DNA from: Planctomycetota bacterium
GTDB lineage: Bacteria; Planctomycetota; DG-23; JAZDKG01
Direction: 5' to 3'
DNA length: 64,000 bases
Assembly (NCBI GenBank): GCA_043803205.1
Contig: JAZDKG010000192.1
Coordinates: 3,038-67,037, forward strand
Shown here in pieces: positions 1-9,523 of the stretch. Below the pieces are notes generated by a model that worked only from the letters and a program-made list of their open reading frames with translations, ran no database searches and was not told the origin of the DNA. Made by a program: the position numbers and the translations under genes. How positions within the stretch are numbered: the first letter of the stretch is position 1; every line of letters begins with the position of its first letter.

Positions 1-1
1 G

Positions 2-574
2 CTCAACCCCATCGACGTCAACGGCGTCAACAAGCTCGCCGCCGAGATGTACCACCTGCTCTATCACCGCCTCTACGGTCTGCGCACTTGCAGCCTCCGC
101 CTCACCAACACCTTCGGCCCGCGGCACCTCATGAGGCGCAACCACCAAGGCTTCCTCAACTGGTTCATCCGCCTTGCCATGGACGATCAGGCCATCCCCG
201 TCTATGGCGAAGGTGCCCAGCTCAGGGACTTCAATTATGTCGATGACGTCGTGGAGGCCATGCTCCTAGCCCTGGCGAGCGAGAGTGCCTTCGGCCACGC
301 GTTCAACCTCGGCGGCGATTCCCCCCTGAGCGTCGTCGATTCCGCCCTCGCCGTCGTCCGCGCGTGCGGCACCGGCGGCATCCAGCACATCCCTTTCCCC
401 CGCCAGGAGCGTACCATCGAGGTCGGCGACTACTGGGCCGATTCCAGCGCCTTCCGCTCTCTCACCGGCTGGCGCCCTGCGCTCACCTTCGACGAAGGCC
501 TCCGCCGCACCGTCGCCTTTTACCGCCAACACCGTCAACACTACTGGGATCTTCAGCATGATCCCGTTGTTTGA
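2..574 (+). CDS. NAD-dependent epimerase/dehydratase (extended SDR), 5'-truncated by window edge
   Basis: Open frame from base 2 (LNPIDVNGVNKLAAEM...). Extended-SDR C-terminal motifs LRLTNTFGPR, YGEGAQLRDFNYVDDVVEA, TGWRP..FDEGLRRTV. Confidence 0.85.
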   Translation, partial: LNPIDVNGVNKLAAEMYHLLYHRLYGLRTCSLRLTNTFGPRHLMRRNHQGFLNWFIRLAMDDQAIPVYGEGAQLRDFNYVDDVVEAMLLALASESAFGHAFNLGGDSPLSVVDSALAVVRACGTGGIQHIPFPRQERTIEVGDYWADSSAFRSLTGWRPALTFDEGLRRTVAFYRQHRQHYWDLQHDPVV

Positions 575-1654
575 TTCCCGACGCCAGACCCAGCCCCTCC
601 GTGCCCAGCTCGACGCCGCCATTGCTGCCGTCCTGGACCGGGGCAGGTTCGTGCTCGGGGATCGCGTCCGCGATTTCGAGCAGGCCTGGGCTTCCTACTG
701 CGGCGTGCGCTTCTGCGTTGGCACAGGCTCTGGCATGGACGCGCTCACGCTTTCGCTCAAGGCCCTTGGTGTTGGTCCCGGCGACCAGGTCGCCGCCGCC
801 GCCAACGTCGTCTATGGTGCACTTGCTGCTCGCCTTGCCGGCGCCGATCTCCTCCTCATCGACATCGACCCGAATAGCGGTCTTATGGACCTCGCCGCTT
901 TGCAGTCGTCCCTGACCTCCCGGACCAAGGTCATCCTCGCCACTCACCTCTACGGGCGCATGGTGGACATGCAGGCGCTGCGCCGCATCGCTGCCACGCA
1001 CAACTGCCGCCTCGTCGAAGACGCCTGCCAGGCCCACGGCGCCATCCTCACGGACAAAAAGCCGGCGCCTGGTCCGACGCGGGCTGCTTCAGTTTCTATC
1101 CCAGCAAGAACTTGGGCGCCTTCGGGGAGGCCGGCGCCGTCGTAACCGATGACACCGACCTTGCCGCATCCCTCCGTATGCTCCGCAACTACGGCCAGCG
1201 CGACCGTTACTACCACGACGTTCTCGGACCCAACGCCCGTCTGGACGAGCTCCAGGCCGCCGTCCTCTGCGTCAAGCTCCCCCAGCTCGATGCCTGGAAC
1301 CTTTCCCGCCGCCGCATCGCCCGCCTCTACTACTCAGGCTTCTCCAACCTCCGCCGCGTCCGCTGCCTAGCTCTCCCCGCTGGTACCGAACACGTCCATC
1401 ACCTCTTCGTTGTGAAGTGCGAGGATCGCGACGACCTCCGCTCCTTCCTCGCCCAGCGAGGCATCGACTCCCAGATCCACTACCCCGTCCCCGTCCATCT
1501 CCACCCCGCCTTCGCCGGCCTCGGACTCTCCCAAGGCCGCTTCCCCCATGCGGAAACGCTCTCCAACCAGGTCCTCTCCCCCCCCGTCTTCCCCGAGCTC
1601 GCCCCGCAAGAGATCTCGCACGTTGTTCGTTCCGTCGAAGCCTTCGATGCCTGA
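558..1654 (+). CDS. DegT/DnrJ/EryC1/StrS family PLP-dependent sugar aminotransferase, split by a frameshift near 1045-1060
   Basis: ORF 558..1145 carries HLYG and EDACQAHGA. The other frame continues AGAWSDAGCFSFYPSKNLGAFGEAGAV (PLP-Lys motif), RLDELQAA and IHYPVPVHL to 1654. One base is missing near the A5 run at 1056-1060. Confidence 0.88.
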
Positions 1655-1675
1655 GTTCAGAGTAGCGGGCACCAC

Positions 1676-4252
1676 TCAAGGTCCTAGCGTCCTGGCGGAC
1701 GCCTTCCCGCCGATCTTCGTGAGTTCAGCTTCGAAGTCGATGTACCCGTTTTCGCCCGGACGCGGGACCCGCCACGCGCAGGCCGCCGTCTCCTCGATGA
1801 ACGACCCTGGCTCCTTCATGGCGCGGTCCGGGTTGTACGCCCATGAGCTCGTGCCCAGGCAGGGCATCCCTTTCGAGCGCGCCCACAGCGCCGCCGCGGC
1901 AACCGTGCGGAGGTTCGTGTAGTCGTACCATCCCATCAGCAGGAACTCGTGTCCCAGCCCCGTCCAAAGCTTTGCGCACTTGGCGTTGAACGGGACCGCC
2001 TGGCTCGCGGCGTAGTCCCAGCAGTGCAGGATCGCGTCCTTGGGCAACATCTCCGCCACGTCCGCCAAGCCGCTGCGGGGCGAGTGCTGCCAGGGCATGT
2101 AGTCGTCCGCGTAAGCGATAATCCGACATGCAGGATTCGCCTCCTTGACCGCCCGGTCGAGCTTCTCATAGAACGCCGCCAGGAGCTCCGATGCGTTCTT
2201 CCCCGTCGCCTGGCAGCGCGGGCCCTTCCCGATGATCGCGGGCGCCTCGCTCACGTGGAGTCCGATGTAGGGGAGTTCGCCCTTCGCCACCATCTGCCTG
2301 GCGAGCGTCGCGATCGCCTCCTGCGGGGCGGGCTCCGCCAAGCACAGCGCCGCGAAGCCCGAGTGCGCCGGCACGTGCTCGTACGTCGCCTTCACCAGCT
2401 CGCCGTCGCTGATCCGGCCTGACGCGACGCGAGCGACGGCAAACGGCTTCGCGTTGTCGTCGTAGCTCATCACCCCCGAAGGGAACGTTCCCGTCCCGAT
2501 CTCCCCCTCGATCAGGCGGAAATCCTTGTCGAGTTCGTATGTGGTCTTCCCGTCCAGGCTCCGCACTATCACGTCCGTGAGCGTTGTCCTGAGGACATTG
2601 CGCCCCGAAAACTCCACGGGCGTCTCGCCCCGAAGCGTGAGCTCGTCGGTCTCCCCGACCCCCTCCGCCATGTTCGGATCGTGGAGCACCCCCGTGTCCT
2701 CGGGCCGCCGACGGCGCAGCGGATAGTGCGTGATGTTGTCGTGCGGGATCGGCATGATCGCGTGTCGGCGAAAATCGGGGATTTCCTTCTCGTTGACGTG
2801 GAACGCCACATTGAGCTTTCGCCGCGCCATCCACTCAGGGGTGAGCCCCGCCGACCCGCGGTTGAGCGCCCGCCAAGGGAGGTCAGGCCAATCCGTGATC
2901 TCGGATCCGATCACGACAGGCTTGCCGTCGGCGTCGCTTGCGAGGAGCTGCACCAGTGTCATGATGCCGTAGAAAGCGCCCCGCTCCGTCTGCGCCGCGA
3001 TCCGAACCCCCGCCGCGTCCACCTTGAGATAGTACCCCTCCGGGCTCCTGTCCGCAGGCGCGTCCGTGGCGGCGTCCCCGATTGCGATCACGATCGGAGC
3101 GTCTGCAACCGGCTCCTGCGCGAGCGTCGGTCCCAGCTTCGCCAGATCTTTCCGCAGGATCGCAAGCCCCGTCGTCAGCACGTCCCCCGGATCGCCTTCC
3201 AGCACGTAGGCGAGCTCCGCCGACAAAGCGAAGTCGCTGGACACGCCGGCCCACTGAACCGACTGTACCGCCGGACGAAGCAGTGGGCGTGAAAGATATG
3301 CTCCGTCCAAGAGGGCGGTTCCTTCTCCTTCGCCGGAGAGACGGAAGCGCAGTTCGTCGGATGCGCTTACAAGCTTCACCTTGATTCTTTCCCATCGTCC
3401 TCCCGAATTGGTGAGCGACGCCTCTGCCAACACCTTCCCCGAAGCTTCGTCCATCGCCGAAAGAGTCACTTTCCCTTTGAGATCCTTCGTCTTGACGGCG
3501 ATCCCCGCTTCCAGGTGTGTCGATGCCGGGACCATCGCTGTCCGGGACAAGGTCGCGGTCCCGCCCGCCAGGGTGAGGTTGCACTGCTGATAACCCGCCT
3601 GTGACCGGTCCGCGATGAGGTCGTCGATCTCCCGGCCTTTCACCCCGCCCACGGCGCTCATCCCCCCGAGCACGCGGTACTCCGCCGGAGGACCAGCGAT
3701 CACCGAGCAGCGGATCGCTCCGTAGAAGTCGTCGTCCATGTAGAAGTCATACGTGTACGAATACTCCGTGTTCGGATGGACATCGACCACCTGCGAGAGG
3801 CGGATCATCTGCGCCGCGTAGGATGCGTCGTGATACATCACTGACACCTTCCCGTCGCTGGCGCGCTTTCGGGTCACGTGCATCCACTCCCCCGGCCGAT
3901 CCGCGCCCCATCCCGCGACCCACTTCCCGTCCGCCGTCGGCTCCTCGAACGAGGGATTCTTCACCGTGAACCCGTTCGCGTGTACGTTGTCCACCCAGCA
4001 GCGCCCCGTCGGCCCCGCGTACGCCCCGATGTAAACGATCACCTTCGAGCAGTCCTCGCTGTTGAACGTGACCGTCACGGGGATCCAGCGGCCCGCGAGA
4101 CGTTGGATTTCGGCCTTCGCCCCTTGGGCCTGAACCGTCCAATCTGCCAGCGGTCTTTGACTCTCGAAGTCGCCGCCTGGAATGAATTCTTCCGAGGACG
4201 CTCCGCTGGCGATGGAGATGACAAGAGCTGCCAGGAGCGGGCGCGTTTTCAC
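1676..4252 (-). CDS. Secreted GH20-like glycoside hydrolase with N-terminal CBM4/9/16-like modules
   Basis: GTG start at 4252 after GGAGG; signal peptide. GH20 domain-2 signature EGYYLKV...GAFYGIMTLVQL...ITDWPDLPWRA. TIM-barrel motifs IIAYADDYMPW and ILHCWDY. Confidence 0.75.
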   Translation of the reverse strand: MKTRPLLAALVISIASGASSEEFIPGGDFESQRPLADWTVQAQGAKAEIQRLAGRWIPVTVTFNSEDCSKVIVYIGAYAGPTGRCWVDNVHANGFTVKNPSFEEPTADGKWVAGWGADRPGEWMHVTRKRASDGKVSVMYHDASYAAQMIRLSQVVDVHPNTEYSYTYDFYMDDDFYGAIRCSVIAGPPAEYRVLGGMSAVGGVKGREIDDLIADRSQAGYQQCNLTLAGGTATLSRTAMVPASTHLEAGIAVKTKDLKGKVTLSAMDEASGKVLAEASLTNSGGRWERIKVKLVSASDELRFRLSGEGEGTALLDGAYLSRPLLRPAVQSVQWAGVSSDFALSAELAYVLEGDPGDVLTTGLAILRKDLAKLGPTLAQEPVADAPIVIAIGDAATDAPADRSPEGYYLKVDAAGVRIAAQTERGAFYGIMTLVQLLASDADGKPVVIGSEITDWPDLPWRALNRGSAGLTPEWMARRKLNVAFHVNEKEIPDFRRHAIMPIPHDNITHYPLRRRRPEDTGVLHDPNMAEGVGETDELTLRGETPVEFSGRNVLRTTLTDVIVRSLDGKTTYELDKDFRLIEGEIGTGTFPSGVMSYDDNAKPFAVARVASGRISDGELVKATYEHVPAHSGFAALCLAEPAPQEAIATLARQMVAKGELPYIGLHVSEAPAIIGKGPRCQATGKNASELLAAFYEKLDRAVKEANPACRIIAYADDYMPWQHSPRSGLADVAEMLPKDAILHCWDYAASQAVPFNAKCAKLWTGLGHEFLLMGWYDYTNLRTVAAAALWARSKGMPCLGTSSWAYNPDRAMKEPGSFIEETAACAWRVPRPGENGYIDFEAELTKIGGKASARTLGP

Positions 4253-4467
4253 GCTTGTACCCTCCAAGTCGAATGTTGCCCGTAAAGAGCCGAGGCCGAT
4301 ATTCTGGCTGGCTCGTGTTGCCACGGCAAGGCGTTTGAGTCGCGAATCCGCAGGAAGCGTAATTCCGTTGAATATTTTGTCAGTTCTCGCGTAGGATGGG
4401 TTGCGAGGGGCTTCGTTGCACGACGGGGAGAACTCTCGATATCGAAGGGACGAAAGGGACGGGCAAC

Positions 4468-5523
4468 ATGGCTCAAGTTCGCGTCGGGATCGTTGGGGCG
4501 CACTTTGCGGCGCATCTCCACGCCAACGCCTACCGGCGCTGCCCGGACGCGGCGGTGGTCGCGGTGGCGTCCCGGGATGCCGAGAGGGCGGCCCGCTTCG
4601 CCCGGGAGAACGCGATCCCCGAAGTGTACGGCGACTATCGAGAGATGCTTGCAAAGGGGGGAGTGGACCTCGTGAGCGTCTGCGTGCCCAACCATCTCCA
4701 CTGTGAGGTGGTCCTGGCGTGCGCCGCCGCGCACAAGGCGATCGTCTGTGAGAAACCCCTCGCCACCACGTCGAGCGACGCCAAGGCCATGGTCAAGGCG
4801 GCGGCCGAGGCGGGTGTCAGCCTCATGTACGCCGAGGACTGGGTCTTCGCCCCGGCCCTCCTTCGCGCCCGCGAGATCATCGCGGAAGGCGCGCTGGGCG
4901 ATCTCCTTTTCCTTAAGGCAAAGGAAACCCACAGCGGGACGCACTCGCCTTACGCGCAGAAGCTGAGCACGTGCGGCGGGGGCGCGATGATCCATCTGGG
5001 CATTCACCCGTTGGCCTGCGTGTGTCACCTCAAGGAGCCCCAGAAGGTTGTCGAGGTGTCCGCCGTCTGCTCGGGTGGAGGTCCCAGGAATCTCCTCCAC
5101 ACCGATTACGAAGGCGAGGACTGGGCCGTTGCCGTCCTCACGTTCGAAGATGGGACGCGGGCTCTCGTCGAGGGGAACTACGTTACGGTCGGCGGGCTGG
5201 ATGATGTTGTGGAGATCTACGGGAGTCTGGGCGTGATGAAGATCAACCTCTCCCAGGGCTCGCCGATCAGCGTTTATTCCCAGCTGGGCTACCGCTACGC
5301 GATCGAGAAGGCCGACATGACCACCGGCTGGACCCGTCCTGCGGTGGACGAAGAACTCTCCTTAGGCTACCCGAACGAGATCGCCCATTTCGTGGACTGT
5401 GTGCTTCGGAATCGTCCGTGCGCTTCCGGCGTGCGTGCGGAGGACGGTCTGCGGGCGCTTCTCCTGTGCGAAGCGATCTACGAGTCCGCCAGGCTCGGCC
5501 GGGCGGTGCGATTCGAGGAATGA
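4468..5523 (+). CDS. Gfo/Idh/MocA family oxidoreductase
   Basis: VRVGIVGA Rossmann start, VCVPNHLH, CEKPLA, GGGAMIHLGIH. Confidence 0.92.
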   Translation: MAQVRVGIVGAHFAAHLHANAYRRCPDAAVVAVASRDAERAARFARENAIPEVYGDYREMLAKGGVDLVSVCVPNHLHCEVVLACAAAHKAIVCEKPLATTSSDAKAMVKAAAEAGVSLMYAEDWVFAPALLRAREIIAEGALGDLLFLKAKETHSGTHSPYAQKLSTCGGGAMIHLGIHPLACVCHLKEPQKVVEVSAVCSGGGPRNLLHTDYEGEDWAVAVLTFEDGTRALVEGNYVTVGGLDDVVEIYGSLGVMKINLSQGSPISVYSQLGYRYAIEKADMTTGWTRPAVDEELSLGYPNEIAHFVDCVLRNRPCASGVRAEDGLRALLLCEAIYESARLGRAVRFEE

Positions 5524-5526
5524 CCC

Positions 5527-6807
5527 GTGGCATCGTCGAAGTTTGAAGTCGATCTCCCCGTCGAAGCCGGCGGCTTGAAGCTGCGCAACCCGTTCATCGT
5601 GGGGTCCGGTCCATGCACGAAGTCGGTGGGTCAGCTCGTTGAGGCGGAGCGTTGCGGATGGGCGGCGGCGAGCATCAAGCTCTCGATGGATCCCTCGCCA
5701 TACGTCAACCTGCCTCCCCGATATCGCTGGCTCTCCAAGGAGGGGTACCACGTTTTCACGGCGGAGACGAGGCTGGACGTCGAAGCGGGTCTGCGGCTCA
5801 TGCGGGAAGCCCGCCGATGCACGGGGAGCCTCGTCCTTTTCGCAAACATGGCGTATACGGGCGAGGAAGGGCTTTGCGGCTGGGTACGCATGGCGGAGAA
5901 GTTTGCCGACGCGGGCGCCCACGCCATCGAGCTCAATCTGTGCTGCCCCAACATGTCCTTCAATGTCGCAAAGAGCTCGGGCGGGGCATCCGCGCTTCCC
6001 CCAAGCGGGGCCAGCCTCGGGTCGGACCCCGTCGCGGTTCGCGGGATCACGCGCGCCGTCAAGGCCGCCGTGGACGTACCGGTCATCTCCAAGATCACCC
6101 CGGAGGGCGGCAACATCGCGGAGGTCGCCCAAGCCGCCTTCGAGGGAGGTGCCGACGCCGTCACGAGCGTAGGGAATCGGCTGGGGATTCCGCCCTTCGA
6201 TCCCGCCGACCCCGCAGGCGCCTTCTATCGCGCCCAGCGCGGGATGAGCCTCGGGTGCATCTCCGGACCGCTCATGAGGCCGTTCGCGCTGCGCGACGTC
6301 TTCGAGATCCGCAAACGCGTGGGACCGGACCGCTGCATCATCGGAATGGGAGGGGTGGCGGGCGCCGAGGACGCGATCCGTTTCACCATGTGCGGCGCGG
6401 ACCTTATCGGGATCTGCACCGAGACGATGCTGCGCGGCTTCCGGCTCCTTGCCCCGCTCGTGCGGGAGGTCCGCGCATTCCTCGACGAGCGCGGCGTGGG
6501 GGACTGGCGCGGGCTGCGGGACTCGCTGCATCCGTACATGCTGGGCGCTCACGAGCTTGCCATCGCGCCCGCCCACGCGGAGGTCGACGCAGCCCGGTGC
6601 ACCGGCTGCGGACGCTGTCTCGGGCCAGCGCATTGCGTCGCGATCAGCCTGGAAAAGAAGAAGGCCCGGGTGGACGTGGAACGGTGCTTAGCCTGTTCCA
6701 CATGCGTCGACCTGTGTCCGTCCGGCGCCATCCGGATCGTCGAGGAGAGGCGCCCTTCACGCTCGAGACGCCGGACATCCCTCCCGCGCGCCCGCAGGAA
6801 AAGGTGA
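5527..6807 (+). CDS. Dihydroorotate/dihydropyrimidine dehydrogenase (PreA-like) FMN protein with C-terminal 2x[4Fe-4S] domain
   Basis: LKLRNPFIVGSGP, ELNLCCPN, VISKITP, ISGPLMRP, IIGMGGV; C-terminal CTGCGRC and CLACSTCVDLCP. Confidence 0.85.
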   Translation: MASSKFEVDLPVEAGGLKLRNPFIVGSGPCTKSVGQLVEAERCGWAAASIKLSMDPSPYVNLPPRYRWLSKEGYHVFTAETRLDVEAGLRLMREARRCTGSLVLFANMAYTGEEGLCGWVRMAEKFADAGAHAIELNLCCPNMSFNVAKSSGGASALPPSGASLGSDPVAVRGITRAVKAAVDVPVISKITPEGGNIAEVAQAAFEGGADAVTSVGNRLGIPPFDPADPAGAFYRAQRGMSLGCISGPLMRPFALRDVFEIRKRVGPDRCIIGMGGVAGAEDAIRFTMCGADLIGICTETMLRGFRLLAPLVREVRAFLDERGVGDWRGLRDSLHPYMLGAHELAIAPAHAEVDAARCTGCGRCLGPAHCVAISLEKKKARVDVERCLACSTCVDLCPSGAIRIVEERRPSRSRRRTSLPRARRKR

Positions 6808-6809
6808 AC

Positions 6810-7802
6810 ATGGGAAAGCTCAAGATCATCATCGCAGAGCTCGGCTATCCGTCCTACGACCCGGAACGGCGGGTCCTTGCGGCGCTCGACGCCGAGGTTG
6901 TCCTCGAAAGCTGTCTTACGGAGGAGGCGCTCCTCGCCGTCTGTCGGGACGCCGATGCCATCCTCGTGCGCACGGCGGCCCCTGTCACGCGCGGAGTGAT
7001 CGCGGCCCTCGATCGCTGCAAGGTCATCAGCCGCTACGGGATCGGGGTCGACAACGTGGACGTAGCGGCAGCCACCGAGCACGGCATCATGGTCTGCAAC
7101 GTTCCCGACTACGGGGTCGAGGAAGTCTCCGACCAAGCGGTCGCGCTGCTTCTGGCCTGTGGGCGGCGGATCTCGAGCCGCGATCGCGCCGTGCGGCGCG
7201 GAGCGTGGGACATCGGCGCCCGCGAGCCGATCTACCGGATCGCGGGAAAGGCCCTGGGCCTCGTGGGATATGGGCGCATAGCCCGGGTCGTGCACCGCAA
7301 GCTCACGGGTTTCCGTTTCGGTCGGACGGTCGTCTTCGATCCGCTCGTGGACGAGGGGGCGATCTCGGCCGCCCGGGCGGAGAAGGTGGATCTCCCGACC
7401 CTTTGCTCGCAGTCCGACTTCATATCCATTCACGCCCCTCTCAACGATACGACGCGCCACATGATCGGCGCGAAGGAACTGGCGCTCATGAAACCGACGA
7501 CGGTGCTGGTCAACACCTCCCGGGGAGGACTCGTGGACACGGAGGCCCTGGTCGAGGCGCTGCGCGGCGGCACGATCCGCACCGCGGGCATCGATGTCTA
7601 CGAGCAGGAGCCCCCTCCGAAGGACCATCCCCTCTTCTCTCTGGACAACGCGGTGCTGTCCGACCACGTGAGTTGGTATTCGGAGGAGTCCCAGCTCGAG
7701 CTCCAGGAGAAGGCTGCGGGCAACGTGGTCGAGGCGCTTACGGGCCGCACGCCGAGGAACCTCCTCAATTCCGAGGTGCTGAAGAAGCAAGGAGCGACTT
7801 GA
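6810..7802 (+). CDS. D-isomer-specific 2-hydroxyacid dehydrogenase (CtBP/PGDH-like)
   Basis: ISRYGIGVDNVDV, GLVGYGRIA, ISIHAPL, LVNTSRGGLVD, GIDVYEQEP, DHVSWYSEES. ATG at 6810. Confidence 0.92.
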   Translation: MGKLKIIIAELGYPSYDPERRVLAALDAEVVLESCLTEEALLAVCRDADAILVRTAAPVTRGVIAALDRCKVISRYGIGVDNVDVAAATEHGIMVCNVPDYGVEEVSDQAVALLLACGRRISSRDRAVRRGAWDIGAREPIYRIAGKALGLVGYGRIARVVHRKLTGFRFGRTVVFDPLVDEGAISAARAEKVDLPTLCSQSDFISIHAPLNDTTRHMIGAKELALMKPTTVLVNTSRGGLVDTEALVEALRGGTIRTAGIDVYEQEPPPKDHPLFSLDNAVLSDHVSWYSEESQLELQEKAAGNVVEALTGRTPRNLLNSEVLKKQGAT

Positions 7803-8557
7803 TGCCGAATCAGGAGTATCGCAGGGATCGCGTCCGGGTGGACCGGGCGCTGCGCAAGAGCGGCGTTGTGGTCGTGATGAACAAGGACCATGTGGGGGCC
7901 GCCGGCGACATGGTCGCCACCATGACGGAGGTCCACAAGGCCGGCTTCGTGGCGGAGATCACCTTCCGGATCGACGAATCGATCCTGCGCGAGGGGATGC
8001 GGGAGCTCGTGAAGCTCCGCGCCGAAAGCTCGCCGGATAATCCCTTCATCCTGGGCGTCGGAAGCGTCATCAATCCGCGGGAGCTTGCGGCGGCGATCGA
8101 GATGGGCTTCGATATGGTCGTCGCCCCCGCGAACGTCATGGGGGGATTCGGGGAGGGAAGCCGGTTCGTACAAGCAGCGCATTGCGCCGACGTCTACGCC
8201 GCGCCCGCGGTCTTCACGCCGACGGAGCTCGTGTACTGGATCGAGAGGGACGACGGGCTGGAGCCGGACGCGGTCAAGATCTTTCCGGCGAACACGCACG
8301 GCCCCAAGGGGGTGGGCGATCTCCTGGCTCCGTTCGTGAGGCCCCGGCATGAGAACCGGATCATCATGCCGACGGGAGGCGTCGATTGCGAGACGGGGCC
8401 GCAGTACCAGGCGGCTATCCGCAGGCGCGGGTTCACGCCAGTGCTCGGGATGTCCGCGCCTCTGTCTCTCGTGAGCGAGCGCAAGAAGCCCGGCGACGTG
8501 GGGACGATCCGCGAGTCGCTTGCGCTCTTCCGGTCGAAGTTCAAGTCGGCTTACTGA
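7802..8557 (+). CDS. KDPG/KHG (Eda-like) class I aldolase
   Basis: AEITFR, LGVGSVI, VKIFPA (Schiff-base Lys), IMPTGGV. Start overlaps the upstream stop (TGATG). Confidence 0.75.
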   Translation: MPNQEYRRDRVRVDRALRKSGVVVVMNKDHVGAAGDMVATMTEVHKAGFVAEITFRIDESILREGMRELVKLRAESSPDNPFILGVGSVINPRELAAAIEMGFDMVVAPANVMGGFGEGSRFVQAAHCADVYAAPAVFTPTELVYWIERDDGLEPDAVKIFPANTHGPKGVGDLLAPFVRPRHENRIIMPTGGVDCETGPQYQAAIRRRGFTPVLGMSAPLSLVSERKKPGDVGTIRESLALFRSKFKSAY

Positions 8558-8574
8558 GGGTGACGGGGGGGCGT

Positions 8575-9336
8575 TCAGCCGTGGGCGCTCCAGCCGCCGT
8601 CCACGGGGAGGAGGGTCCCCGTCGTGAAGCGCGACTCGTCGCTCGCCAGGTACAGGGCCGCCCGCGCCACGTCCGAAGCCGTTCCCAATTGCCCCAGCGG
8701 CTGACGCCCTCGAAGGAACTCCATGATCTCGGGGATGCCCTGCATGCGCTTGCTCATGGGGGTGTCGATCATGCCCGGGGCGATCGCGTTGGCGCGGATG
8801 TCGTCCTTGCCGTAGTAGGCGGCGATGCACCGCGTGAGCGTGATGACGGCTCCCTTGCTCGTCATGTAGGCGTGCGAACGGAAGAACTCCGTCGGGGGAT
8901 TGACGGCGGTGATCGAGCTCACGTTCACGATGCTCCCACCGCCGCGCGCCTGCATGAGCGGGATCGCTTCCCGACAGCACAGCCAGACCCCCTTGAGGTT
9001 CACGTTGAGCACGTGATCCCACGCCTCCTCGGTGCATTCCCCCGCGGGGCCGTCGCCGTACTTGCTTCCCACGACCCCCGCGGCGCAGACCAGGATGTCG
9101 AGACCTCCCATGCGCGCGGAGGCCGCGCGGAACGCGCGCGCGACGTCCGCGGCATCCCCGGCGTCCATCCGTTCGGTCAGGATCTCCGGAAGCGGGGCCG
9201 CCGTCTCGGCGAGGCCCTCTTCGTTCATGTCGGCCGCCGTCACGCGGGCCCCCTCGCGGGCGAAGAGGCGCGCCGTCTCCCTCCCGATGCCGCTCGCCGC
9301 CCCCGTCACCAGCGCCAGTTTCCCTTCCAGTCGCAT
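8575..9336 (-). CDS. Classical SDR oxidoreductase
   Basis: LVTGAASGIG, NVNLKG, IVNVSS, YMTSK, RANAIAPG, VDGG. RBS GAAGGAG upstream of 9336. Confidence 0.93.
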   Translation of the reverse strand: MRLEGKLALVTGAASGIGRETARLFAREGARVTAADMNEEGLAETAAPLPEILTERMDAGDAADVARAFRAASARMGGLDILVCAAGVVGSKYGDGPAGECTEEAWDHVLNVNLKGVWLCCREAIPLMQARGGGSIVNVSSITAVNPPTEFFRSHAYMTSKGAVITLTRCIAAYYGKDDIRANAIAPGMIDTPMSKRMQGIPEIMEFLRGRQPLGQLGTASDVARAALYLASDESRFTTGTLLPVDGGWSAHG

Positions 9337-9523
9337 CGACGCGCTCCTTCCCATCGCAGTCAAGGGACTTCCCGCCGGAGGGCCCGTCACCGATCCCTCA
9401 TCTTCCACGGATGCCGCGCCGGTTCAAGGTCGATGTCGAAGCGTTCGCTGCGCTCTTTGCCCTTGACGTTTCCGTCCTGCCCCGGCATGGTGTACTTTCA
9501 CGTCGTCTTGGGGCCGGGACAGC

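Noticed and set aside
4253-4654. N-terminal extensions of the 992 aa ORF and likewise of ORFs at 5652, 7205, 14023, 52792 and 60217
   Set aside because: Low-complexity off-frame overlaps with neighbouring genes; better starts with an RBS or translational coupling exist downstream.
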